A stretch of 63,809 nt of DNA from Sphaerodactylus townsendi (Eukaryota), in contig NC_059429.1 in the NCBI RefSeq assembly GCF_021028975.2, positions 78,182,192 through 78,246,000 of the forward strand, in the 5' to 3' direction. The stretch's first letter is position 1. Every line of letters begins with the position of its first letter. Shown in pieces: positions 40,940-52,714 of this stretch. The notes under the pieces were generated by a model that had not been told where the DNA came from, made no database searches, and worked only from the letters and a program-made list of their open reading frames with translations. A program made the translations under genes and the position numbers.

Positions 40940-41075
40940 TCGAAGGCTTTCACGGCAAGATTCAACTGGTTCTGGTGGGTTTTCCAGGCTGTCAGCCACA
41001 AATACAGGTGAAACGTTGGGAACGAGGTCCACCAGACCATGGCCACACAGCCTGGAAAACCCACCAGAACCAATT
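40940..41075. mobile_element. Penelope inverted terminal fragment
   Basis: tggttctggtgggttttccaggctgt ... acagcctggaaaacccaccagaacca inverted arms. Confidence 0.75.
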
Positions 41076-41129
41076 ACATATTTTCATTTGCTAGCTGCAC
41101 TACACTTCAAATACACACACAAATACACG

Positions 41130-41310
41130 TGAAACTGCCATATACTGACTCAGACCACGGATCTATCAATGACAGCATTGTCTACTCTGACTCTTCAGGG
41201 TCTTAGGTTGAGGTCTTTCATATACCTGCTACCTGATCCCTTTAATTGGAGATGATAGGGATTCTTTGGCATGAAAAGGAGATGCTCTGCCACTGAGGTA
41301 TGGGTCTTGA
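41130..41310 (-). mobile_element. SINE fragment with a CR1-like tail (Squam2-like)
   Basis: ctgccatatactgactcagacca...ctctgccactgag pattern; family call tentative. Confidence 0.45.
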
Positions 41311-41481
41311 GCTACTGCAGGACAAGTTTCAGCTATCAATCAGATTCAAGGAAAAGGCGTGGGGCGCTTCTGCCAGAAGTTTCAAACTGCAGGCACTTGC
41401 AGATATCCAGAAGTGACTTCCCTCTGCTGCTTTCAATGGCACCCGTCTCCTGAGCTGGTTTCAGGTGGATAATGATGTTGA

Positions 41482-41628
41482 TCTGCAGTAGATAAACTAG
41501 TTTTGAGTCCAGTAGCACCTTAGAAACCAACAAGATTTCCAACATATCAATTTTTGAGAGTCAAAGTTTTGAAATCTAGTTGGTTTCTAAGTTGCTGATG
41601 GAGTTAAATCTAGCTCTTCTACTGCTGA
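41482..41628. mobile_element. Palindromic Penelope-type (Neptune-like) terminal remnant
   Basis: agcaccttagaaaccaacaagatttc ... gaaatctagttggtttctaagttgct inverted arms. Confidence 0.6.
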
Positions 41629-41923
41629 TGAACATAACTGTCCTCCTACACTCTCTTCTTGAGACAACTATGTGTACTGTCCTGAACTCTTTGAAGGAAG
41701 GATGGGATGCAAATGGATGAATGACTACATGGACCAATAGGCAAACAGATGGGTAATCTGCATATCTTGCCTAGGACATTAAGAAGCAGTAGATTCAGTG
41801 ATCACTATCCTTTTCCTTCTGGAGAAATTGCATATTGGAACCTGGAAACATTGCTCGTGCAGTCTGATGTCCCTCCCTGCTTAAAGGACTCCATAGATGA
41901 TACACATGCACTATTTGTACCGG

Positions 41924-42029
41924 TTTTTGTGAGGTATGTACTACTAGAGAAAAATATTAGCTTTGACCAAAAAGCTAATATTTTTCTCTAGTAGTACATA
42001 CCTCACTAGTAGTACATACCTCACAAAAA
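41924..42029. repeat. Perfect 36-bp inverted repeat with a 6-nt loop, plus an 18-bp tandem duplication
   Basis: Arms 41929-41964 and 41971-42006; tagtagtacatacctcac repeated at 41989-42006 and 42007-42024. Confidence 0.95.
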
Positions 42030-42358
42030 TTCTAAGAATTGCACTTTATTGCTGCACGTGTAATTGTGCCTATGCCAGATCCCACTCAAACGAGAGAGCT
42101 TATATGTCACAGTTCAGATAGGCTCTCTGCCTATCAAACAGCAGCATCATATTCAGATTTTGCTTCCCACATAGTGAGAATAAGTGGGAAAGGAGCAGAA
42201 ATGATTGATCACTCCAGGTGCATCTAGTGACATTGAAGAGAAGCAACCTTTCTCCTGACTGGCTGGAAACAGCCTTGATTAGCAAGCTAAGTAGTCAGAG
42301 GGTGTGTTTTAGCCTGATGCTATTTGCCCTGAAAAATTTATCCACTATCTGCCATTAG

Positions 42359-42567
42359 CTATTCCCTTTTCTACAAAAAGAACTAAGTAGAATTGTAACT
42401 TCATCTGCCATGTGTTGGACCATTCTTTAGGATGTCCGCTTGGGTCCGAGTGCTTACCTAACAGCAGGCACTAGGACCTAAGTGGAGCACTCTAAAACAA
42501 GAATGGTCCAGCACATGGCAGATGAAGTTACAATTCTACTTAGTTCTTTTTGTTGAAAAGGGTATAG
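42359..42567. repeat. 209-nt fold-back inverted repeat
   Basis: 69-bp arms 42359-42427 and 42499-42567 (66/69 complementary); the spacer also pairs with itself. Confidence 0.95.
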
Positions 42568-42570
42568 TAA

Positions 42571-43360
42571 GGCTTAACCTGGGCAGTCTCCAGAACTGAA
42601 TATGGACACAATCGATTCCCCATGGTCAATTAATCGCGTGATACTCATGCAAAATATCAAGGTTTCAGGAAGAACTCCCCATTGCCTGATCGCCGAACAC
42701 GGATTCATTCCGGTTCTGGCTCTCCCTCTCCCTCTTATCACATGTTTTTCAAGAACCTGCATGAAAGTGTACCTTTTCAAAAAACATGTGCTGAATCTAG
42801 ATTGGTGGGGAGGATTGGGGTTTGAATCTAGATTTGTTTTTCCCGCCATAGGGAGTGACGCGGAGCCTTCCAGCCAATCAGAGTGCGACTGGCTGTGCAT
42901 GAAGCGCACGCAGCCCCTTTTTTGTTTGCCGGCGGAGGCTAAGTTGAAACGTGGCTGTGTGGAACGTGATTTCTGTGCTAACTGTAAACTAAAATTACAG
43001 TGCAACTGCATGGGTAAAGAGTTCTGAAGCCGCGCATAAATGTAGCTTAGCGTGAAAAACAGCTGCCATCCTATCTACGCATGTGCGTGGTGACGTAGCT
43101 GCGCAAAAAAAAAGTTTTTTAAAAGTCCCGCCCCAACACAGTGCAACAGCCAATCAGGACGAGGAAGAAAGAGCCGCTGAGCAGATCGTGCGTTCGATCG
43201 TTTGATCGTGGGGAGTGCTGCACTGTTTGAAAGCGTGATAGACATCAATGTCTTCATCACACACACGCTGCAGTGGGGAGGGTGAAACCTCGATGAAAAG
43301 GTGCTGTTTCTTTTGAAACCTGGTTGTATCTGGATCTAACTTCTTAGTGGGAAAATGGCC
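42571..43360. mobile_element. Probable Harbinger-type non-autonomous element, left TIR unclear
   Basis: CpG-rich block ending gtgggaaaatggcc, similar to the other Harbinger-type ends in the window. Confidence 0.5.
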
Positions 43361-44489
43361 AATGATAACCTTTCAACAGAGGCAACAGTGGATTTGAGAA
43401 GGAAACGCATTCCGTCTATACTGCTGCAAATCTTTACATGTCAGGAGCCAGCCAAGGCATAAACTGTACTCATGGAGTCTGAATCAGGAGAGTTCATCTT
43501 ATGGCAGAATCAGGCCTAGGAGCCAGAGAAGTAGCATCATGTCCTGAACCATGGTTGATAGGCAGGAAAATAGATTAGACTTGAAACACATTCTGGACAG
43601 ACTGAAGATCCAAAGGTTTGTACAGGGAAAGCAATAACAAAGCTCTGCAAACAAGTTAGAGAGATGGAGTTGGTAAGAGGTAGAGTTGAGACTTCATGTA
43701 AAAATGGCTGGCACACCTACATGTAACCATTTCCAGCTTCCTTTTGCAGTGGATGCTAGGAAGATGAGTCCAATGAGGCCAGGATAGCTTCACCTCTTTC
43801 TAGGTCTGCAGAACAGTGACTCCTGATATACACATGATGACCAGTCAACCCCTCATGACCTGTAACAGGTTGTAAGATCACTGAGCATCAGTTCTGTACC
43901 CATGTATGAGTAAAGCATCAGAATGGAGATTGCTGATAACACAACTATGATCTTAAAATGCATGCATAGTTTCAGGAGTGCTGAGGTGTCCCAGCTCCCC
44001 ATTTTACAAGATATAACTTTTACCACAACTTCCTGTCTCACTTTTTTCCATGCTAGTGTTGAAGCTCTGGATTGTGCATGCCCATAGTTAAGATTAAGTA
44101 GAAGCAGGTCAAAAGACAGAGAGGGTGCAGGAGACTCTCTTTTGACATTCCATTAAATGACTCCCCAGATGACCGCAACATTTCAGTGCTGATTTAGGCA
44201 TTACCTTCATAATGAGGAAATGAACGGAATGCTATTTGCATTTTGAAAGATAGCATAGATGGTAAGACCCCAGAAATTCCTCAGAGCTCTCATCATGGAA
44301 ATCAGGAGAGCTTTCTGATCACTGCAAGTCAAAGCTAGGCTGGCCTGGAATATAAAGAGAGGAGCTCCAGGGACAGGCCTTTGTGATATCTCACCACTTA
44401 CAGGTCTTTTATACTCATAATTTGATGATACCTGATCATCTTGGTTGAGCAGGTGGAAGATGTGGCTGTGATTACAATGAAGAGAAGAC

Positions 44490-44773
44490 AAAGAGTTTGG
44501 ATTTATACCCCACCTTTCTCTCCTGTAACGAAACCCAAAGGGGCCTACAAACTCCTTTCCCTTCCTCTCCCCGCAAAGATACCTTGTGAGGTGGGGCGGA
44601 GGGGCTGAGAGAGTTCTGGATGAACTGTGACTAGCCCAAGGTCAACCAGCAGGAATGTAGGGGTGCAGAAACAAATCTGGTTCACCAGAGAAGACTCCAC
44701 CACTCATGTGGAGTGGGAAATCAAATCTGGTTCTCCAGATTAGAGTCCACCTGCTCTTAACCACTACACCACA
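44490..44773 (-). mobile_element. tRNA-derived SINE (Squam3-like)
   Basis: Minus strand gtggtgtagtggttaagagc...ctctaatctggagaaccagatttgatt (A/B boxes); homologous to 57660-57935. Confidence 0.85.
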
Positions 44774-45197
44774 GTGCAAAGACAGAAATCTACTGGTCAG
44801 GATTTATGTTAGTCCACACATATAGTAAAGGTTCTGGGTGTGAAAAGATACATTTTTCAATACTTGGGAGCAGATGGAATTCTTCTGACAACTATTCTGG
44901 CATCTTTCTGAATGTATTTTCTGGGGTGGTGGGAGAAGCAGTAAAGCAAGAGAGCATCTGTGTTCAATTGTCTCCTGGAGAGCAACAATGAGGGCCCAGG
45001 TGCATCTCCTTGGGGAAACTGTTCCATAATTGTGGGGCAAAAAAGGCCCTCTCTGATGTACACAGCTAACAAGTATTCTTAATTGGTAGGACAGACAGGA
45101 GGGCATTTCCCCACAATCCTAATTCCTGGGCAGGAACATGCAGGAGAAGACTGTCCTTCAGATACCATATGTGGTTTGAAAGGACAAAACTAACTGG

Positions 45198-45330
45198 ACA
45201 CAGTGTGTAACAGACTTCTCTCTGGATACACCTCTGAAGATGCCAGCCACAAATGCAGGGGAAATGTTAGGAACAAGATCCTGCAGACCACAGCCACACA
45301 GGCCGGAAAACCCACCACAACCACCACAAC
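45198..45330 (+). mobile_element. Penelope terminal-repeat fragment
   Basis: Matches 60387-60513. Confidence 0.8.
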
Positions 45331-45379
45331 TAACACCTTGAATTGGACTCAGGAGCAGACCAGTAGCCATTTTAATTTC

Positions 45380-46520
45380 TACAGTAGAGGGGAAATATGC
45401 TTCCAATAGCTTGCTCCAACCAGCAATCTAATCACAGCATTCTGAAATAGCTGCAACTTCCAAACACTCTTTAAGGATAGTCCCAAGTAGAGTACATTTC
45501 AGTAGCTCAATCTAGATCAGGGGTCAGAACGTTTACCACCCAAAGAGCCATTGGGAACCATTTTCCACTGCCTCGAAGATCTACCAAGCCGGAGAGGCAG
45601 CCTCCAGTTCAGCCCCTCCACTCACCTTTCCTTCCAGCACTGGGAGGCAGAGGCGCCGGGCAGGGAAACCCCCTCTGCCCAACGGAGCAGCCAGTCGCCT
45701 GCTCCGTGGGGCAGAGCGGGGATGGCAGTTGCAGGGATGGTAGAGGGAGGATGGCAGCTGCTCTAGAGGGACATGCCCATGCTACCCTCCAACCTCCAGG
45801 GATCGTGTCACTCCAGCCCTCCAGAGCAGCGCTGGAAGGAGAGGTGAGTGGAGGGGACACGAAAAGCGGTGCCCTGACGCACGGAGCTGTCTCTGGTTCG
45901 GCCCCTCCACTTTCCTTTCCTTCCAGTGCTGCTCTGGAGGGCTGGAGGGACATGCCCACGCTACCCTCCAACCTCCAGGCCACGCGGAGCTGCAGTATAA
46001 GGCTGAAAGAGCCACATGCAGCTCCGGAGCCACAGGTTGCAGACCCCTGATCTAGATGAAATTAAAGTATGAATCACTGTGGCTACATTTGACTGACTCA
46101 GGAAAGGATGCAGCTGATGCACGAGCCAGAGCTGGGCAAGTGCACTCCAAGCCACAGCAGCCCCCTGGTTTTCTCAGGCAACTGCTGTGTCAAGCAACAT
46201 TCCCAACCTGCAAATCCCATCCAAGACAGGGGAGATCTCAAATCGCTTGTCTACTTTTCAACTACTCCAGGGATATTGATTCAGTTTCCATGTCTGACGA
46301 ATGATAATTGGTCTCACTTCTCCAAGAATCTTGTCCACATCCCTTGGATCCACAAACTAAAATTATCCATATAACTTAGGCAAGCAGATCCAAAGATGTA
46401 TCATTTGGGCATTCATCCATCCTGGCATCTAACTCAGAGTGGATCAAAGCAATTTTGTCTGCAAGGATAGTGGCAAATTGATCACAATGAGCTATCATGT
46501 GGCACAAATCCCTGGGGCTA
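45380..46520 (-). mobile_element. L2 LINE fragment interrupted by a hAT MITE
   Basis: Degenerate L2 RT C-terminal coding (VIH.LISSR|L.Y) is continuous across the insertion site. Confidence 0.6.
45518..46049. mobile_element. hAT MITE with a perfect 8-bp TSD
   Basis: TSD atctagat at 45510-45517 and 46050-46057; TIRs caggggtc / gacccctg. Confidence 0.9.
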
Positions 46521-46523
46521 TGA

Positions 46524-46910
46524 CAGTGATGGAGAACCTTTTCGAGACCGAGTGCCCAAACTGCAACCCAAAACTCACTTATTTATTGCAAAGTGCCAAC
46601 ACGGCAATTTAACCTGAATACTGAAGTATTAGTTTAGAAAAAACGGTTGGCTCTGAGGTGTGTATTACTCGGGAGTAAGCTTGATGGTAGTCAGTGGCTT
46701 TGCTTTGAAGCAGCCATGCAATGCTTTGAATGGGTGAATCACGACCCTAGGAGGGTTTACTCAGGAGCAAGCCCCATTGCCAACAACTGAGCTTACTCCC
46801 AGGTAAAGGATCATGCTTTAGTTCTTCCCATGAAAATCAGTGGGGTTTAACAGCGCTTAACAGGGTTACCTACACTGCTTCCCCAAAACTAGGTTTAATG
46901 CTAATAATAT
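46524..46910. mobile_element. hAT-like element, one end
   Basis: Begins cagtgatggagaacctttt, a hAT-type terminus; second TIR not found. Confidence 0.5.
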
Positions 46911-49900
46911 CCCTGAAATAATCACACTATTATCACACTGGGGGCCTGGCAGGAGAAGGGGGAGGGGTGCGGGGTGAGAGGGAAGTAAAACTTTAGTTTG
47001 CTGAAAGCCAATAACCCCCCCCCCCCATAACACAATAGAAGTAAAAAGGCAGTCAAGGAAGGCAATCCTAAGCAAGAATGCTGAACGAGGGGTGGGATAA
47101 CTTCAGGAAAGTTAAATTTGTGGAGAAGCCATCTGATCTGCGGTTTTTCTTCACATGTCATCACAGCACTTGACTTCCCACAAAAATGCAACAGGAACAG
47201 AAGAATAAAAGCATGGAGAATATTTCGAAATGGACCTCTTTGTCCCACACTTGCCTCTGTCAGAATGGCCCTAATTCTGACAAGAGGTGTTGGGAAGGGC
47301 TGCTCAGGGTAGTAAGGGATGCTCCTCTCCCTTTCCTGCCAGTTGGTCAGGGCCTGGTTTAGCTCAATTCTTTATTGGTGTAAAATGCCTTTTGTCTTTT
47401 GTACTTTTGCTTTGATCCTGTGGGAACAGGATTGGCGTCATCCCCCTTTAAGGATCAATGTGCCTGGTATGAAAATGAAGAGTCCAACAGCTCTTTTACG
47501 TGCCTGAAATTTTGTCAGGAGGATTCCTTGGGTAACTGGTACAATCCCAATGAGAACTTTATCCCAACTGGGGGTAGGGTTTACCCCCAGAAATGTATTT
47601 TCTATTGAAACAAATAGAAATACCTATTGGACTGATTTCCCAGGACAATTTGATGTGATTCTGTTATCAAAAAGCTCCTCTCCATTTTTTAAAAAGGACG
47701 TAAGAAGCTAATTTAGTTTTTTCCTTTATGAACACACACATGTTTACTGGTGACTGAAGTCTAATGGTCCCAAGTGGATTCAGAGCTATCTCTGCAGCTG
47801 CCCCACCCATGTATGCTATTCCCATGAGAAAGAACAACACTTCTCTTCTTTCCAACAGATATTTTCTTCCTGTTGTTTCCCGGGACAACAACAATGGTTG
47901 TGGACCATTTCCAACACTGGCTTTTTCTATTGAGATGTGAAAATCACCATGTTTCACCCGGCCCCCCCTTCTTCCAGCTGGTTGTACAGGCGTCCAAAAG
48001 AACTCCTGCCTCTGTCCTCTTGCTGTCTAAATAGAAACAGAGTGCATGACTCCGTGAATTCCTTCACTAAACTTAGGAATTAGATCAAAGACTGCTATGA
48101 TTATATGTCCAGATGTTTCAGGTGTACTTGTCTTGCCCATTGAAAAGCACTTACTCTCAGATCAAAGGGACTCATCTCCTGTGCACTGCAGGCATTCAGT
48201 CCTTGCCTGCACTGCACAGCTGCAAACTGTGAAGAATTACTTTTTATAATGGAAATTGAGTCTCCAGTGACAAGGACTGCTGTGCAAGGAAATTATACTG
48301 AGTGCTGAATGTGTGTGTGTGTGTGTGTGTGTGTGTGGGAAGGAGGGAGGGAGGGAGGGAGGCTCACTTTCCCTCCCTACTACCAGTTTTAAGCTAAAAA
48401 AAACTACTCAAAGGGTTTTCAGCTTGTGAATTAGGGAGCGCTAAAAAAGCTTTAATGAAACAACATAGCTAGTAACCATGCTTAAGAAGTCTGTTGCCTT
48501 CAAAGGAGTTATTTTGCTAGCAAGGAACATTGGAATTAGCTCTCTAGAGAGACATAATTCTCTCCAGAAAGGTTGGAAAACCTCCCTTGTATGCTGTTCC
48601 CTCTACCCAGACATCTTACAGCTTTGATGCAGAGATGCATCACAGCTGTGAAAGAAGTAAATTAGAATCAGTGGCCAATGTAAGTAAAGGACTGCAGAGC
48701 TCCAGAGTGAGGCAAGTTGGCAACCAAGGTATTCTGCTACTGCAGGATTTTTCCATGTAATGTAGTTAACCACATTTTTGAGGAACGTCCTTCAGAATCT
48801 GGCACGAAAGCACCAAACAAGCAGCAAGAGAGAGGCTGAAGTGCTTCATCTGAAGTGAAATCTCAGCACTAAGGCCTGAGCCTGTCTTAAAACACTGTCC
48901 CTTTACTCTTCAGATGGTCTATAACATAAATGCAGATTAAGTGCAAAATAGTCAGTGACAGAGCAGAAAATGCTGACCTTGATAAGAACAATGTATGCTG
49001 CAGCTGCCAAATGAAAACTGATAAGGATTAAATGCAAAATGCAGAACTGGACATCCCCAATTAAATTTAAACTGAATTTTATTGGATTCCCACGCTGTGG
49101 TGGGGAATTTGGATCTTCATCCTCACACTCCATAATATCCTGAGCTGCTCCTGAATACACTACTGGAGAAGGGGGATGCATTGTGGATTAATATTGTTTT
49201 TCATTCCGTTTCCATGTCATTTTCAGTTCCCCAGTTTTGCAGGCTGAACACAGATCATTCAAAACACAGAGGCCAATTATGCTTTGCTTTCTCCCAGAAG
49301 CAGGCTGTTCCTCGGCTCCTCTAAACTATCAGCACCAAAACACAGCCTAGCAGATGAAAAGGTACAGTGCTGTGTCAGCAGCTCTTGCATCTTTGGTCTC
49401 CAATTCGCCTGGCACCTGAGGGAGAACATGCACAAAAACATGGTCTTTGTAGCTGTGCTTGACAAGCCTGCTCACACCTCCTGGAGATCCAAGCAGAGAG
49501 GAGATTTTGCTGATGTAGGGGCACATTTCATACTCCCCTCTGTGTTTGTTATTAAGTCAATACAGTTGCTGGCATAGTGTGTGCTCTGTGACAGCATATC
49601 AGCTCTGCGGGTTGTGGTGCAATCAATCAGTTCGACATGGGCACAAAGTGATTCTGCACTGGAAGGAAGGGTTTGCTCTTCTTCCACTCCTTGGGGATAT
49701 GAAGGCCATTTCCAGAGTTATACTTTCTATTCAGTTGGGTGTGCCTACAAATCACTCCTGTAATTAAAATGTCTCTGGACTTTACTACACAATCCTTTCA
49801 GCCTGTAGCTTTCATGGCTCGCCCAACCTTCCAGCTTGCCACCAGGGATTCAGCTGGCTCGGTCCATGCTGACAGTATACTGAACCAAACCCATATCAGT

Positions 49901-51410
49901 ATTTGGCACCTGACTACAACCACTTAAAAAGTGGTCATTACAACGGGATGCAAAAAGCCAATACAGCCTTTCCGTTGTGTGGATCTGTTAGCTTAGCTCA
50001 TGATTAGCCCAGCCCAAATATTGCTGGAAAGTAATGTGGGGTGCAATGGCTTGGGAAATAGGCCATTTGACCCATTTACTGCCATTTCCAGGCTTTTCAG
50101 TATAGGAGTGTCTGACTCACATGAAATAAAGTCCTTCAAACAGTATGAGGATCATCACAGAAACTAGCTGCAGACACACTAATGGGAAGCCTGGAAACAG
50201 CCTTTTGGGAGGAAGAAAGAGAGGGAAAACACTAATGTTTATGCAGTTAACTAAGAAACTTTCAGTTCTGGGTCATAAAAAGGTGGGAGAGTACAATAAG
50301 ATCAGTGGTCCATTCTGTGCTGAAATGAGGTCTTTTATGCAAATGCTAAAAATTGCCACATGCATATGTATTGCGTATAGATTTCCTTCAGAAAGAACCA
50401 AATGTGTGTACCTTGTATAGAATTTTGATACTCTTACAGACAGCCTTGGCCCAAATACCCAAACCACTCCAATAATTCTTAACCTTGAGAGAACCTCAAT
50501 TGCAACAGGCAACTCAGAAAGAACATACTTTTTACATTCTGTTTCGAAAACAGAAAATGGCCTCATGCATGAGGTCCTGTCCTCTATTCTCCACTTCCAT
50601 CAATCCAAATTGCACACAAAAGGGAAAATAGGCAATTTTTGTATTTCTGCTCTGTTGTGCATATGTTGTGCTCTATAAAAATGGAAGTTATTGTCCTCCA
50701 TTATTCAGTCATGGCAGTGGAAGATCCTCATGCTCACTCAGATGACTTTCAGCAAATCATAGGATTGCCAGGGGGTCGCCTGCCACAGCTACAGCAGGTG
50801 ACCTTCAAGAAGTCTGAAATATTCCCACTGATGAGTGAAGTGCAGATGGGAGGACATCGAGGGGAGAGGAATCAGGGAGCACACCAGCATTACAGCTTCT
50901 GGTGAAAATTGATGGAATCAATCACTTCTAGTGAAAACTGGAACTGACATCACTTCTGGAGAAAAAATGGAATTGGTTTTATTGTACAATTTTTTAATGA
51001 ATTCTAGAGCATCCCATGATGTCACTTCTAATTTTCACTGGAAGTGATGTCAGTACATTGGTGAGACCGCAGCCCTTAATATTTTTTTTGGACTGTCAGC
51101 TTTGGCCTGGCAACACTAGCAAGTGCTATTTCTGAGCTTCCTTTCTCTAGCTATAGGACTGAAATAATATTGACTTCCCTGCCCAAGTGATGCAGGAACA
51201 TACGAGGACTGGAAAGTGTTTTGCCCACTAGGAATGCTCCATGATATAAATAACTGTTAGAAACCAGCTTTCCCTTATGTGGCTTTATAGCCAGGATTGG
51301 CCTTAGTACCTGCTGCTTTTCTTAGTACCTGGGCTTTCTAGAGTATTACAAACAGCAATAATAATTAAGTCTGTGTGAGTTTCTGTAATGCTCACTGGAA
51401 TGGACTGCAG

Positions 51411-52714
51411 CAAGGACGTAGGTAAGGGGGGTTCTTGGGTTCAAAAAAACCCCATTACATGTCCGAAGCTCCGCCCCCGTTTGTTTTTTAAAAAAATATT
51501 TCTAAGTGTTTTTTTCAGTTTTTTGCCTGCAGGGGGCGCAGTTTTTAGGCTAGCCCAGGGGTTTGCAACCTGCAGCTCTCCAGATGTTCATGGACTACAA
51601 TTCCCATCAGGCCATGCTGGCAGGGGCTGATGGCATTTGTAGTCCATGAACATCTGGAAAGCCGCAGGTTGCAGACCCCAGGGCTAGCAGCACAAAAATT
51701 TCAGAGATGTTTTGGGAGACTCTCCTGATGATACTACTCAGGTTTGGTGAGGGTTGGTTCAGGGGGTCCAAAGTTATGTACTCCCAAAGGGGTGTCCCAT
51801 CCCACATTGTTTCCAATGGCAGCTAATAGAAGATGGGGGCTACACCTTTGAGGGTACATAACTTTGGACCCCCTGACCCAAACTTCACCAAACCTGGGTG
51901 GTATCATTCGGAGAGTCTCTTACTGATACCACCCAGGTTTTGTGAAGTTTGGTCTGGGAGTCCAAAGTTATGGACTCCCAAAGGGGGTGCCCCCATCCCC
52001 CATTGTTTCCAATGGGAGCTAATAGAAGATGGGGGCTACACCTTTGAGGGTCGATAACTTTGGACCCCCTGACCCAAAATTCACCAGACCTGGTTGATAT
52101 CATCAGGAGAGCCTCTTACTGTTACCACCCATGTTTTGTGAAGTTTGGTCCAGGGGTTCCAAAGTTATGGACTCCCAAGGGGGGGTGCTCCCATCCCCCA
52201 TTGTTTCCAATGGGAACTATGGAAGATAGGGGCTACACATTTGAGGATCTATAACTTTGGACCCCGTGAACCAAACTTCACCAAACCTGGGTAGTATCAC
52301 TAGGAGAGTCTCCTAAAGATACCCTGAAAGTTTGGTGCTGCTAGCTTAACAATTCCACCCCTAACAGCAGTCACCCGCCAAGTTCCACCAGATTCTCCTT
52401 TTAAATCCACACCCTTCGGCATGGATTTAAAGGGAGAATGTGAGGTTCCCAGTTTAAATATTGAAAGTGATGCTGCTTCAGGGTGGGAGAGATTCCACCC
52501 CAAAATAGCATCACTTTCAATGTTGTTTTAACTGGGGACCCCAGATTCTCCCTTTAAGGTGAATTTAAAAGGAGAATTTGGGCTCTCTAGTTTAAACACC
52601 ATTGAAAGTGATGCTGTTTGGGGGTGGATTCCAGCATCACAGTGGCCGCCCATGGGGGAGGGGCACAAAACTCAGATTTTGCATCAGGCTCCATTTTTCC
52701 TAGCTATGCCTCTG
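51411..52714. mobile_element. hAT-like non-autonomous element with an internal ~197-bp tandem array
   Basis: Ends caaggacgtagg / gctatgcctctg; the marker cattgtttccaatgg recurs at 51805, 52001 and 52199; no TSD found. Confidence 0.75.
51556..51681. mobile_element. Palindromic hAT MITE nested in the previous element
   Basis: TSD ggctagcc / ggctagca (7/8); the element folds back on itself. Confidence 0.85.

Noticed and set aside
49329-49346. REST/RE1 site
   Set aside because: Only the left half (tcagcacc) matches; GGACAG is missing.
51700-52330. CRISPR-like repeat array
   Set aside because: Eukaryotic intron; whole units repeat with no unique spacers and no cas genes.
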